The position numbers and the translations under genes were made by a program. A model generated the notes under the pieces. That model did not search any database, was not told where the DNA came from, and was given only the letters and a program-made list of their open reading frames with translations. DNA of 53,601 nt from Bacteriovoracaceae bacterium. GTDB lineage: Bacteria > Bdellovibrionota > Bacteriovoracia > Bacteriovoracales > Bacteriovoracaceae. Shown here in pieces: positions 29,066-36,827 of this stretch. How positions within the stretch are numbered: the stretch's first letter is position 1; each line of letters opens with the position of its first letter. The stretch is from contig JABIHA010000074.1 in the NCBI GenBank assembly GCA_018649885.1, positions 62,001-115,601 on the forward strand, read 5' to 3'.

Positions 29066-30349
29066 TTACAAATTTTCGATCACAACAGCGCCACCTTGGC
29101 CGCCACCAATACAAAGAGATGCAAGTCCATACTTGCCTCCTCTTCTTTTTAACTCATGTGCTAGTGTGACAATAAGCCTCGATCCAGTTGAACCAACTGG
29201 ATGTCCAAGGGCAATGGCACCACCATTAACATTGAGCTTGTCATCGTCGAGATCACCAATTTTTTCATTGATCCCCCATCTTTTAGAAATTGATGGATCT
29301 GCCATCACTTTTTTACAAGCAATAACTTGAGCAGCAAAAGCCTCATTGAATTCTATAAGATCCATTTGATCTAGGGTCATGCCCAATTTTTTAAGAAGGT
29401 GATGACTTGAGATGGCAGGACCTAGGCCCATTCTCTCAGGCTCAAGCCCATGAAAATGATAATCAACCATTCTCGCCATAGGCTTTAGGTTGTATTTATT
29501 GACCGCATCTTCACTGGCAAGAAGAAGCATTGATCCCCCATCAGTAATGGGACAAGAGTTGGCAACCGTAACCGTTCCAGATTTTTTTTCAAAAAATGGC
29601 TTTAGTTTTCCTAAGCCTTCAACAGTAGATTTCTCACGTGGTCCAATATCATGACGAAGAATTCGGTCAAACTTCTTTCCTATAATAAGAGGAACAATCT
29701 CATCATCAAATTTGCCCTCTTTTGTAGCAGCTGTTGCCCGGTGATGAGAGCGATTGGCATATTCATCTTGATCTTGCCTGGTAATACCAAATTCTCTGGC
29801 GAGAATCTCAGCTGTTTGTCCCATATTAATAGAGCAAAAGGGATCTGTTAGCCCTTGTTCAATAGCAATGATAGGTGCAAGGTGCTGGGGCCTAAAGGCC
29901 TTTAAGGCCAAAACTTTATCTTGCATTGACTTCGCTCTCATGACGTTTGCAAAAAGCTCAGTCATCTCTTTTCCGAAGATAAGTGGCATTTGAGACATAG
30001 ACTCAATACCACCAGCAAATATCAAATCACTTCTACCACTGGCCACTTTCAGCCAACCTTGAGAAGCCGCCTCCATGCCAGAAGCACAATTTCGATGAGT
30101 ACAATAACCGCTTATGGTTTGTGGCAAGCCTGCTTCAAGGGCCACAATTCTTCCTATATTAGGATACTTTGGAGGAGCTCCAGTATTTCCAAGTATAACT
30201 TCGTCAATGGCGTCCGGAGGAAGCGACGTAACATCCATTATATTTTTGAGTAAACCGATTCCCAAATGGGGAACTGGGTAGTCCTTTATGTCAGCGCCTG
30301 ATTTTACTTGAGGAGTTCTTTTGGCCTCAACTATAAAAACATCTCTCAT
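29066..30349 (-). CDS. fadI: Acetyl-CoA acyltransferase (thiolase)
   Basis: Motifs RNCASG, NEAFA, GGAIALGHP and CIGGGQG. Upstream of the alpha subunit, as in fadIJ. Confidence 0.9.
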   Translation of the reverse strand: MRDVFIVEAKRTPQVKSGADIKDYPVPHLGIGLLKNIMDVTSLPPDAIDEVILGNTGAPPKYPNIGRIVALEAGLPQTISGYCTHRNCASGMEAASQGWLKVASGRSDLIFAGGIESMSQMPLIFGKEMTELFANVMRAKSMQDKVLALKAFRPQHLAPIIAIEQGLTDPFCSINMGQTAEILAREFGITRQDQDEYANRSHHRATAATKEGKFDDEIVPLIIGKKFDRILRHDIGPREKSTVEGLGKLKPFFEKKSGTVTVANSCPITDGGSMLLLASEDAVNKYNLKPMARMVDYHFHGLEPERMGLGPAISSHHLLKKLGMTLDQMDLIEFNEAFAAQVIACKKVMADPSISKRWGINEKIGDLDDDKLNVNGGAIALGHPVGSTGSRLIVTLAHELKRRGGKYGLASLCIGGGQGGAVVIENL

Positions 30350-30465
30350 TGGGAATTCTCCTGAGCGAAAATTTGCTAAAGCGTGATTTTACATAATATT
30401 TCACTGAAAAAGAACTACTTATTTCGATAGGTGCTGAGCAGCTGGCAATTGTTTTAAACTTGGAG

Positions 30466-30508
30466 AAAAAATTAAAGAAGCGGCGAGAGAGATGCCGCTT
30501 CCTTTAAT
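30466..30508 (-). terminator. Intrinsic terminator after the outer-membrane protein gene
   Basis: Minus strand GAAGCGGC-N9-GCCGCTTC followed by TTTAATTTTTT. Confidence 0.7.
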
Positions 30509-30553
30509 AGGGGAGAAAAAAAAAGGGGAAGAGAGTTATCTTTAAGTGCCCTT

Positions 30554-31699
30554 CTAGAAGGACACGTTAAGACCTGCAAAAAATGATGCATTATGAGCAT
30601 CGTCTACTTCCTGACCTAGCTCATTAAGCCAAGTTTGATCAGGATTTTGTTGACTAGAATAGGCCTTCTTCTCATTAAAACTTGAAGTCAGTCCTTTTGA
30701 ATATTTAAAGCCAACAGCTGCACCAAATGTATCAGTAAACATTAAATCAGTACCAGCTCCCAATTCACCTGAAAGAAAACTTCCAGAGTAAGACTCGTTA
30801 CCAAACTGAACATTTGAGTAAGGAGTGTAAGATCCAGTATAAGTTGACTGATTATTTTGGTCATATTTAAGTGAAGTTCTATTAAAGCCAAGACCTGCAC
30901 CTAAATAAGGCTGGATCATGCCAGTTGCAATTAAATAAAACTTTCCATTAATATCAATTTTCATACCAGTATATTTAATTTCTCTGGCACCGTAGTTATC
31001 ACCATACCAACCCTGATAGTTTCCATAATAGGGAGAATAAGATGAGTAGTATGGTTGTGAGTAAGCATTTCCACCACCATAGTATGAGTTATTTGAATTG
31101 GTATAGTCATTGATAGTCATTTTTGTGTAGGTAAAACCAATGCCAACTCCAATGCGCTCATGAACTCTTGATTCTAAATTAATCCCACTAGTGAATGTCG
31201 ATTCGAAATCAAAATTTGTTGATTTCATCATCGTCGCTCCCACATGTGGAGTAATTTTAATAGACTTAAAACTCTTTGGCGCTGGCAATTGAGCCGGAAC
31301 TGGCGCTTCTACTTTTTGAACCGCAGCTTGCTTTGTCTGAACTCGGTCAACCTGTTGTGGTTCATCAAGAGTCATACCATTACCATTAAACATGTTTTTC
31401 AATTTGTTTGTTAGCTTTCTTTCTTCTGCCATACGAGCGTCTTCGATCTTCTTACGGACCATATTCTCATTTTTTTGCTCATAAGCAGCTCTCATTTTCT
31501 TGAGCTTATCGGCCTGAGAGGGTCTCTTTTTCACATTTCCTTCTACATCTAATGGATCTGAATAGTACGTATCTTCATCTATACCGTAATCCTCAAAATC
31601 TTGAGAATAAGCATAGGGAGAAGTCAACATACCCCCAACCATGGTTAATCCAATCAATGCCCCAAAAAAGAGCTGATCTGTTTTTGCTACCGATTTCAT
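30554..31699 (-). CDS. Outer-membrane beta-barrel protein with an N-terminal acidic and coiled-coil extension
   Basis: Signal peptide, charged helical segment, alternating beta-strands (PYLGAGLG) and terminal Phe (GLNVSF). AGGAG RBS before the ATG at 31699. Confidence 0.82.
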   Translation of the reverse strand: MKSVAKTDQLFFGALIGLTMVGGMLTSPYAYSQDFEDYGIDEDTYYSDPLDVEGNVKKRPSQADKLKKMRAAYEQKNENMVRKKIEDARMAEERKLTNKLKNMFNGNGMTLDEPQQVDRVQTKQAAVQKVEAPVPAQLPAPKSFKSIKITPHVGATMMKSTNFDFESTFTSGINLESRVHERIGVGIGFTYTKMTINDYTNSNNSYYGGGNAYSQPYYSSYSPYYGNYQGWYGDNYGAREIKYTGMKIDINGKFYLIATGMIQPYLGAGLGFNRTSLKYDQNNQSTYTGSYTPYSNVQFGNESYSGSFLSGELGAGTDLMFTDTFGAAVGFKYSKGLTSSFNEKKAYSSQQNPDQTWLNELGQEVDDAHNASFFAGLNVSF

Positions 31700-31784
31700 A
31701 GTTACTCCTAAGTACTCCATACGTTCAACACCAGGGCCGGTCATTGGCCATAGCTTTTATAAAACTATTATCTACCCCCCTAAA

Positions 31785-31801
31785 AGCAATCTGCTTGCCA
31801 A
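31785..31801 (-). promoter_or_regulatory. Putative sigma54 promoter for the OMP gene
   Basis: Minus strand TTGGCAAG-CAGA-TTGCT with exact GG-N10-GC spacing. Confidence 0.7.
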
Positions 31802-32184
31802 GTTCTGCTATCCCCCAAACAAGAGAAGTATTCATGATATTTCAAATAGCTGGCACAGAAATGGAACGCATAGTGCGCAAAAATTACAAGCTTTTTCAAA
31901 AGCGAAAAATACTCAAAACCCTGTAAGAGCTCCCTGATTGTCAAAACTTTGATCACTTTTTAGACACTGAATCCCGGCCATTTTGGATGGCCCTCAAACA
32001 CAATTCTCACAACATAGATGAAGTGAGGGCACTGTATGAATTTCGATTTTGAAATTTTTTCATGGGGTGCAAGCGGTTAAGACAGTATTGCATCTCTAGC
32101 TCATATTCAGTTACTGACTGAAGAGTTTTAGGTGTGGTCCTCTGGTTTCCAATGGCCCTTGATGGAAGTTGAGTGCACTATATC

Positions 32185-32452
32185 GGTGGTTTTCGCAAAG
32201 ACCCGCCTTACGATCATTCCAGCGGAGCTTGCTTCTCTTGATGAAATTTACTGTGCTTAAGGAAGATCTGCTACAAGTAGTATTCACGGCGCTAGGAAAT
32301 CTCGTGGGGTTTATCACCTTTGGAGAGCGCCACGAGACTCCCTAGCGCCATGAACACCACTTGTAGCAAGTCTGCCTCATGACCAATTTTTAAATAGAGT
32401 GTTAGCAAGCTCTGCCGGAGTAGTTGTAAGGCATGACTTTGCTAGTACCACC
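32185..32452. repeat. 268-bp ungapped imperfect palindrome (candidate structured ncRNA or fold-back element)
   Basis: All stems share one axis at 32318/32319. 32269-32307 pairs with 32330-32368 (34/39 Watson-Crick); 32205-32233 pairs with 32404-32432 (23/29). GGTGGT/ACCACC and GCAAAG/CTTTGC form outer helices. Confidence 0.9.
32241..32345 (+). CDS. Putative 34-aa hydrophobic peptide inside the palindrome (MKFTVLKEDLLQVVFTALGNLVGFITFGERHETP)
   Basis: ATG to TAG with GGAG 13 nt upstream. Shorter than any ORF in the track; coding status unproven. Confidence 0.25.
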   Translation: MKFTVLKEDLLQVVFTALGNLVGFITFGERHETP

Positions 32453-32494
32453 CAGTTTTTTACTTAAAAATCCGAAATAAGGTAGAAGTCTAGC

Positions 32495-32731
32495 TTAGCG
32501 TTGAACTGAAAAGTAGCGATAAGAACCATCAAAATAGCCAGGGGATTGATAGTAATCGATAACCCTACAAATATAGCTATCATTTGGGCAATCACCCTCG
32601 CCTATTAGAAAGGCCTTGAGCTTACTAAAAATGCCTGAAATCATAATTGTCACAGTTACTAAAATCAGCATGTATTCAACTGAGGTTTGGCCTCTTTGAT
32701 TTCTAAATTTCCTAGAAGAGTGATTCATCAC
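32495..32731 (-). CDS. Flp/TadE-like type IVb pilin-family small protein
   Basis: Class III signal RGQTSVEY followed by a hydrophobic helix; C-x5-C in the tail. Confidence 0.75.
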   Translation of the reverse strand: MMNHSSRKFRNQRGQTSVEYMLILVTVTIMISGIFSKLKAFLIGEGDCPNDSYICRVIDYYQSPGYFDGSYRYFSVQR

Positions 32732-32761
32732 CTAATTATAAATGTTAGATGGCCATTTCAC

Positions 32762-34117
32762 CTAGTGAGCAAGGTTTTTCACTTCCATTAATATAGATAT
32801 AGGGCCTAGTGAAGGAGATGAGAATGGACCCAAGTAGCTAAAATTACTTAATTCTCTACCACTTGTAGGAGCATTAAACTCCCTTGCGATCACCCTATTT
32901 ATGGCCAATCGTCCGCGAACTCCCGACCAGTGCTCATGCCCAACAGACCAATTATCAGAAAAAGCGAATCGTTCAACTTCTTTATCACTCATTAAAGTAG
33001 ATAAACTGTTTTTAATTTTTGGAATCAAATCATCTGCTCTCAACTTGGGATTTTGCCCAAGTTTGAGCTGATAGCTTTGGGTCACCCGCAATTTATCCTC
33101 TGAAGGAAGACAAACAACTTGTAAAAAGGGGAACTCACTTCCCAACCACTGCCTTTCACAAATATGGGCCACAAATGGTGTGTCACTTATGCTGGGAGCG
33201 CAAGAGAGCTCACTTAATTTCAAATTGATTTCAAAGGATCCATATTTTTTCTCAGGCCTTCTTAAAAGCAGCGGCGGGCCATCATAAATTCTCCCAAGAT
33301 AGTGAACCTCACAGGCTTCAATAACTCCCTCAAAACTATTTAACTGGATGTACTTAGGCCTTCCACCTTCGAACTCCCAATTCATGATTTCAGTATTTTT
33401 TAAATGACCGCCTTCAGATACAAATAATTCTAATAAACTCTTCTCCAAAGAACTAGCATCTAAGTAGTAACCGGGACACAAGGTTTTAAGCGGCAAATAG
33501 TAAAAATCGAGAGCATTAAAATTTGGACACAAAATTCCTTGGAATCCACCGCTAAGAGAATAAAGGAACTCTTTAACCTCTAAGGAGTTTTTATTTGCCA
33601 ATAAGAATTGAATCCATTCAGCTACAATTTTCTGAGGGATTTCTTTGAAAGAGTGAACGCCAATCTCCTCTACCCTGTGACTGTAAAAAAAGAGAGAAGA
33701 CATTCTTTTAAAATAACCCATCATCGACTGATCAAATTGATCCCGATCTATTTTAGAAAATTTAACAAAGAAATCTTTGGGAAACAGGCCTGGCTTTTTT
33801 CTAAAAATTTCTCTTAAATTTTTGTAGGGACTACGGCCTCCTAAAATTTGGACATCATTAAAAATGCCAATAACATGGGAATTCACGGAAAAGTCTTCAA
33901 TTTTTTTAAGACATTCTATATTCCACTTTTCGCCCCAAAGCTTCAACAATTGATATTCCATCTCACCAATAAAGCTATTGAAGTTATGGCCAATACCAAT
34001 ATTTTCATCATCAAGCATTAATACACTTTGATCATTTCGATGAACGCCAATTGCAAGCATTAATGAGTAAATATTTTTACCTACGACTGCATTTTGATAT
34101 TTTCTATTTAAAATCAT
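32762..34117 (-). CDS. Hypothetical protein, possibly a degenerate FAD-dependent oxidoreductase fold
   Basis: KYQNAVVGKNIYSLMLA...VLMLD resembles a Rossmann beta-alpha-beta unit lacking GxGxxG. ATGA overlap with waaA. Confidence 0.6.
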   Translation of the reverse strand: MILNRKYQNAVVGKNIYSLMLAIGVHRNDQSVLMLDDENIGIGHNFNSFIGEMEYQLLKLWGEKWNIECLKKIEDFSVNSHVIGIFNDVQILGGRSPYKNLREIFRKKPGLFPKDFFVKFSKIDRDQFDQSMMGYFKRMSSLFFYSHRVEEIGVHSFKEIPQKIVAEWIQFLLANKNSLEVKEFLYSLSGGFQGILCPNFNALDFYYLPLKTLCPGYYLDASSLEKSLLELFVSEGGHLKNTEIMNWEFEGGRPKYIQLNSFEGVIEACEVHYLGRIYDGPPLLLRRPEKKYGSFEINLKLSELSCAPSISDTPFVAHICERQWLGSEFPFLQVVCLPSEDKLRVTQSYQLKLGQNPKLRADDLIPKIKNSLSTLMSDKEVERFAFSDNWSVGHEHWSGVRGRLAINRVIAREFNAPTSGRELSNFSYLGPFSSPSLGPISILMEVKNLAH

Positions 34118-35472
34118 TCCCCGGCCCACACAATAATTTGATTAACCATCTGGGCAGATTTTTTCTCAACCTGATCCAAATTTAATGTACCTGTAACTTC
34201 CAGATCATCATTAAAGGCCTGTCGATAAAAATGACTCAGCTCACCAACCACCACAGGATAATCTTTGTTTTGATTTTTTATAAAGTCAAATTCTGTAGAC
34301 CTATGTGTCTTGGGACCACAAAAAACTTGGCAGCTAGACCAGTAAGGCTCCATAACTGAATGAATGGACACACCATGCCCCCCGCCAACATAAGCCTTTC
34401 CAAAATGATGATACCACTCACATAAAAAGCCGCCGTAAGGAAATATCACTATAGAGTTTTTTGAAATCACGCCCTCCTGATTTTTTCCATCAAGGATGCA
34501 AAGCTCAATTGATTTAGAACTGACCACTTTTTTTAACTCGGCCATCACATCTACGATAGATTCTGGGCCCAAGCTATGAGGAGCAATAAATACTTTGATT
34601 TCTCCTGCTTCAATTTTAGACAGAAAGTCACTATCGCTCAGCAAGGCCGCTTCCATAGGCCAAAAACTTCCCAGTATGACTCTTTTAGACTTGGGTGCCT
34701 CCTCTAGCCAGGCCAGGATTTGTTGATAGTGTGGAGCGCTTTCGAGCTTTGATTCAGAGGCCTTGACTCTGTCTATAATTTGAAGTGATCTGAGATCACT
34801 TGTATCAATTTTTTTGCTCTCAATGCCCAACTGAGTAAAGCTCTCACTATCAGCTTCAGAGGGGCAGACAATCAAATCAAACTCTGAGTAGAAGCGATTC
34901 CACCACCATTTTGATAGAGGGTTAGAAGAAATTGATTTCATTTTACTTTTGAGGCTTGCATTTAACACAATAAAAGATTTAGATGCGCAGTTGATTCCAT
35001 AATCAATGAGATGGGGAAAAAAATCATACCTCACCAAAATAAAACAATCAGCAGTAAGCCACGAACGAGGATTACGTGCCCTTTGTAGGCCACTAAAAGT
35101 TCCAGGGAAAAAAGTCACCAAAGGTAATCTTAAAAACCGTACTTCTCCGGCAAAGGTGCGCACAGAAAACTTAGTGACAAAATGTTCGAGACTGCCTGAG
35201 CAGTAAATGATCTCAACGAGCAGGCCACTGCTAAGGGCCTTTTCAACAATCGGAAGAATATGTTGCATTTCTCCTTCAGAGGAAACCTCAAAGGCAAGGT
35301 GGGCCTTCAACCCATCTTCAGCAAAAGATTTTGAAGCGGGAAGGAAATTTTTTAACTCAAAGTTTTCTCGCCTTTTGATGAAAGGGAGATGCACCGCGGA
35401 CAAGGCACGACCAAAGAGATAAATCAAAGGATAAGCTGTCCAAAGAAAAAACTTGATTAAAACACTTATCAT
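34114..35472 (-). CDS. waaA: 3-deoxy-D-manno-octulosonic acid transferase
   Basis: N-terminal anchor, SSEGE (equivalent to SVGE), IAPH, and YVGGG....HSVMEP. Confidence 0.82.
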   Translation of the reverse strand: MISVLIKFFLWTAYPLIYLFGRALSAVHLPFIKRRENFELKNFLPASKSFAEDGLKAHLAFEVSSEGEMQHILPIVEKALSSGLLVEIIYCSGSLEHFVTKFSVRTFAGEVRFLRLPLVTFFPGTFSGLQRARNPRSWLTADCFILVRYDFFPHLIDYGINCASKSFIVLNASLKSKMKSISSNPLSKWWWNRFYSEFDLIVCPSEADSESFTQLGIESKKIDTSDLRSLQIIDRVKASESKLESAPHYQQILAWLEEAPKSKRVILGSFWPMEAALLSDSDFLSKIEAGEIKVFIAPHSLGPESIVDVMAELKKVVSSKSIELCILDGKNQEGVISKNSIVIFPYGGFLCEWYHHFGKAYVGGGHGVSIHSVMEPYWSSCQVFCGPKTHRSTEFDFIKNQNKDYPVVVGELSHFYRQAFNDDLEVTGTLNLDQVEKKSAQMVNQIIVWAGE

Positions 35473-35735
35473 ATTATTTGACCTGCACAGTAAGACTTAA
35501 AGAATTTTATTATAAATTAAACCCAACAACACTGGCACACTATTTTTTTGGTGCCGCAAAGCCAGCGAACAACCCCCTTGGAGCATGAATTTTCGCCAGG
35601 AATTAATGTAAGAAGTACTTTAAATAGGAAGCTAATCTTACAATTTTCATTAATTGAGTGTTTTGGAAATTTTTTTCTTGAAGTTAGCACGGGATTTAGG
35701 CATATTGTCAAAGTTCCAAAGTTGTACACAACATC

Positions 35736-35764
35736 TTGAAATTAGTTCATATATGAATTAATAC
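35736..35764 (+). promoter_or_regulatory. Sigma70-like promoter overlapped by a 22-bp palindrome (candidate operator)
   Basis: TTGAAA-N17-TAATAC. ATTAGTTCATA|TATGAATTAAT at 35741-35762 is symmetric at 10 of 11 positions. Confidence 0.45.
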
Positions 35765-35790
35765 ACGATTATATTGGTAGGAGTTACTAG

Positions 35791-36684
35791 ATGAAAACTA
35801 TTGTATTGTCCCTGTTGATCGCAGGATTGGCCTTTTCCGCAACTGCCGATGATAACCTCAAGGCATCACCTTTTTCACTTGGCCAAACTTTTGAATTGAC
35901 CCCAGGTAGAGATTCTACATGGCCATCAGGTCACGCAAAGCATAAAGAATTTGAGGGCTGGGATCTAACTTACTACACAACTATAGGCTACAAACTTACT
36001 GATAATGATAGCTTTAAACTAAAACATGTAATGACCTGGAGCAACCCAGGCCACCTAGATAAAGACCAAAGTGGTGCTTGGAATTACAGTTACATCCAAT
36101 ACTCAAGAGGTGGGCTACTTTCTGAAAAAACTCATTTCATCAACTTTTCTGCTTATTTGAGAATGTATATTAATAATCAAAGGGGCGATGACACACTAAA
36201 AGATTACTTAAACACTGCTTCAACACCTGTATCTCCATATGCTAGGAAGGATAGAGATAAAACACCTCATATTTACAGACTTGGTGTTTCTCAGAGTAAA
36301 TCTTTTGGCAATTTTGGTCTTTCTACTAGTCAGTATTTTCAAGTATATGAAAGAGCAACAGGCGTCGATGGAACCAGTGATTGGAAATTCAACCTGAGCG
36401 TTGGACCCAAGTACTCAATCACCAAGAAACTTGAGGTTTCAGCTCCACTTTACTACTTTCACAAAGCTGTTATTAGAAAACCCAAGAGAAATAGTTCAAG
36501 GCAAAAAAATGAAAGTTTTGAGTGGGTTCCAACAGTTGGTTACCAATTTTCGGATGCTATTTATTTTGAAGCATATATGGACATGAATAATATTATGGCC
36601 TCCAGAGATAAGCACTCTTTTATCAATCCTCATATTTTTGACAACACATCTTATGGACTCGTTGTAGATTTCAGCCTATTTTAA
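35791..36684 (+). CDS. Outer-membrane beta-barrel protein of unknown function
   Basis: Signal peptide ending ATA, aromatic-rich alternating strands, C-terminal YGLVVDFSLF. AGGAG RBS. Confidence 0.78.
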   Translation: MKTIVLSLLIAGLAFSATADDNLKASPFSLGQTFELTPGRDSTWPSGHAKHKEFEGWDLTYYTTIGYKLTDNDSFKLKHVMTWSNPGHLDKDQSGAWNYSYIQYSRGGLLSEKTHFINFSAYLRMYINNQRGDDTLKDYLNTASTPVSPYARKDRDKTPHIYRLGVSQSKSFGNFGLSTSQYFQVYERATGVDGTSDWKFNLSVGPKYSITKKLEVSAPLYYFHKAVIRKPKRNSSRQKNESFEWVPTVGYQFSDAIYFEAYMDMNNIMASRDKHSFINPHIFDNTSYGLVVDFSLF

Positions 36685-36711
36685 TCAAAGAATTAAAAAA
36701 AAATTATAGTG

Positions 36712-36739
36712 AAAGGGAACCAGTTTGGTTCCCTTTTTT
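36712..36739 (+). terminator. Intrinsic terminator
   Basis: AAAGGGAACCA-gtt-TGGTTCCC followed by T6. Confidence 0.85.
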
Positions 36740-36780
36740 ATGGGAATTTTTTTCCTAAACAATTATTGTAAATGGGGCAT

Positions 36781-36807
36781 TAACTTCTGAAAGCAGTTCT
36801 CCGATAG
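36781..36807 (+). promoter_or_regulatory. Putative sigma28 promoter for the GYF-domain gene
   Basis: TAAC-N15-TCCGATAG, ending 20 nt before the ATG at 36828. Confidence 0.5.
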
Positions 36808-36827
36808 ATTTTAGGAGAGGAAGGCTA

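Noticed and set aside
32241..32276. MKFTVLKEDLL resembles the N-terminus of DnaN (MKFTVEREHLL)
   Set aside because: The match is too short to be significant and there is no further beta-clamp similarity.
32185..32452. Calling the palindrome 6S RNA or a c-di-GMP-I riboswitch
   Set aside because: The topology is 6S-like, but it is longer and more perfectly paired than typical 6S and lacks the usual zapA/ygfA context. GCAAAG is present without the rest of the GEMM architecture. Left unassigned.
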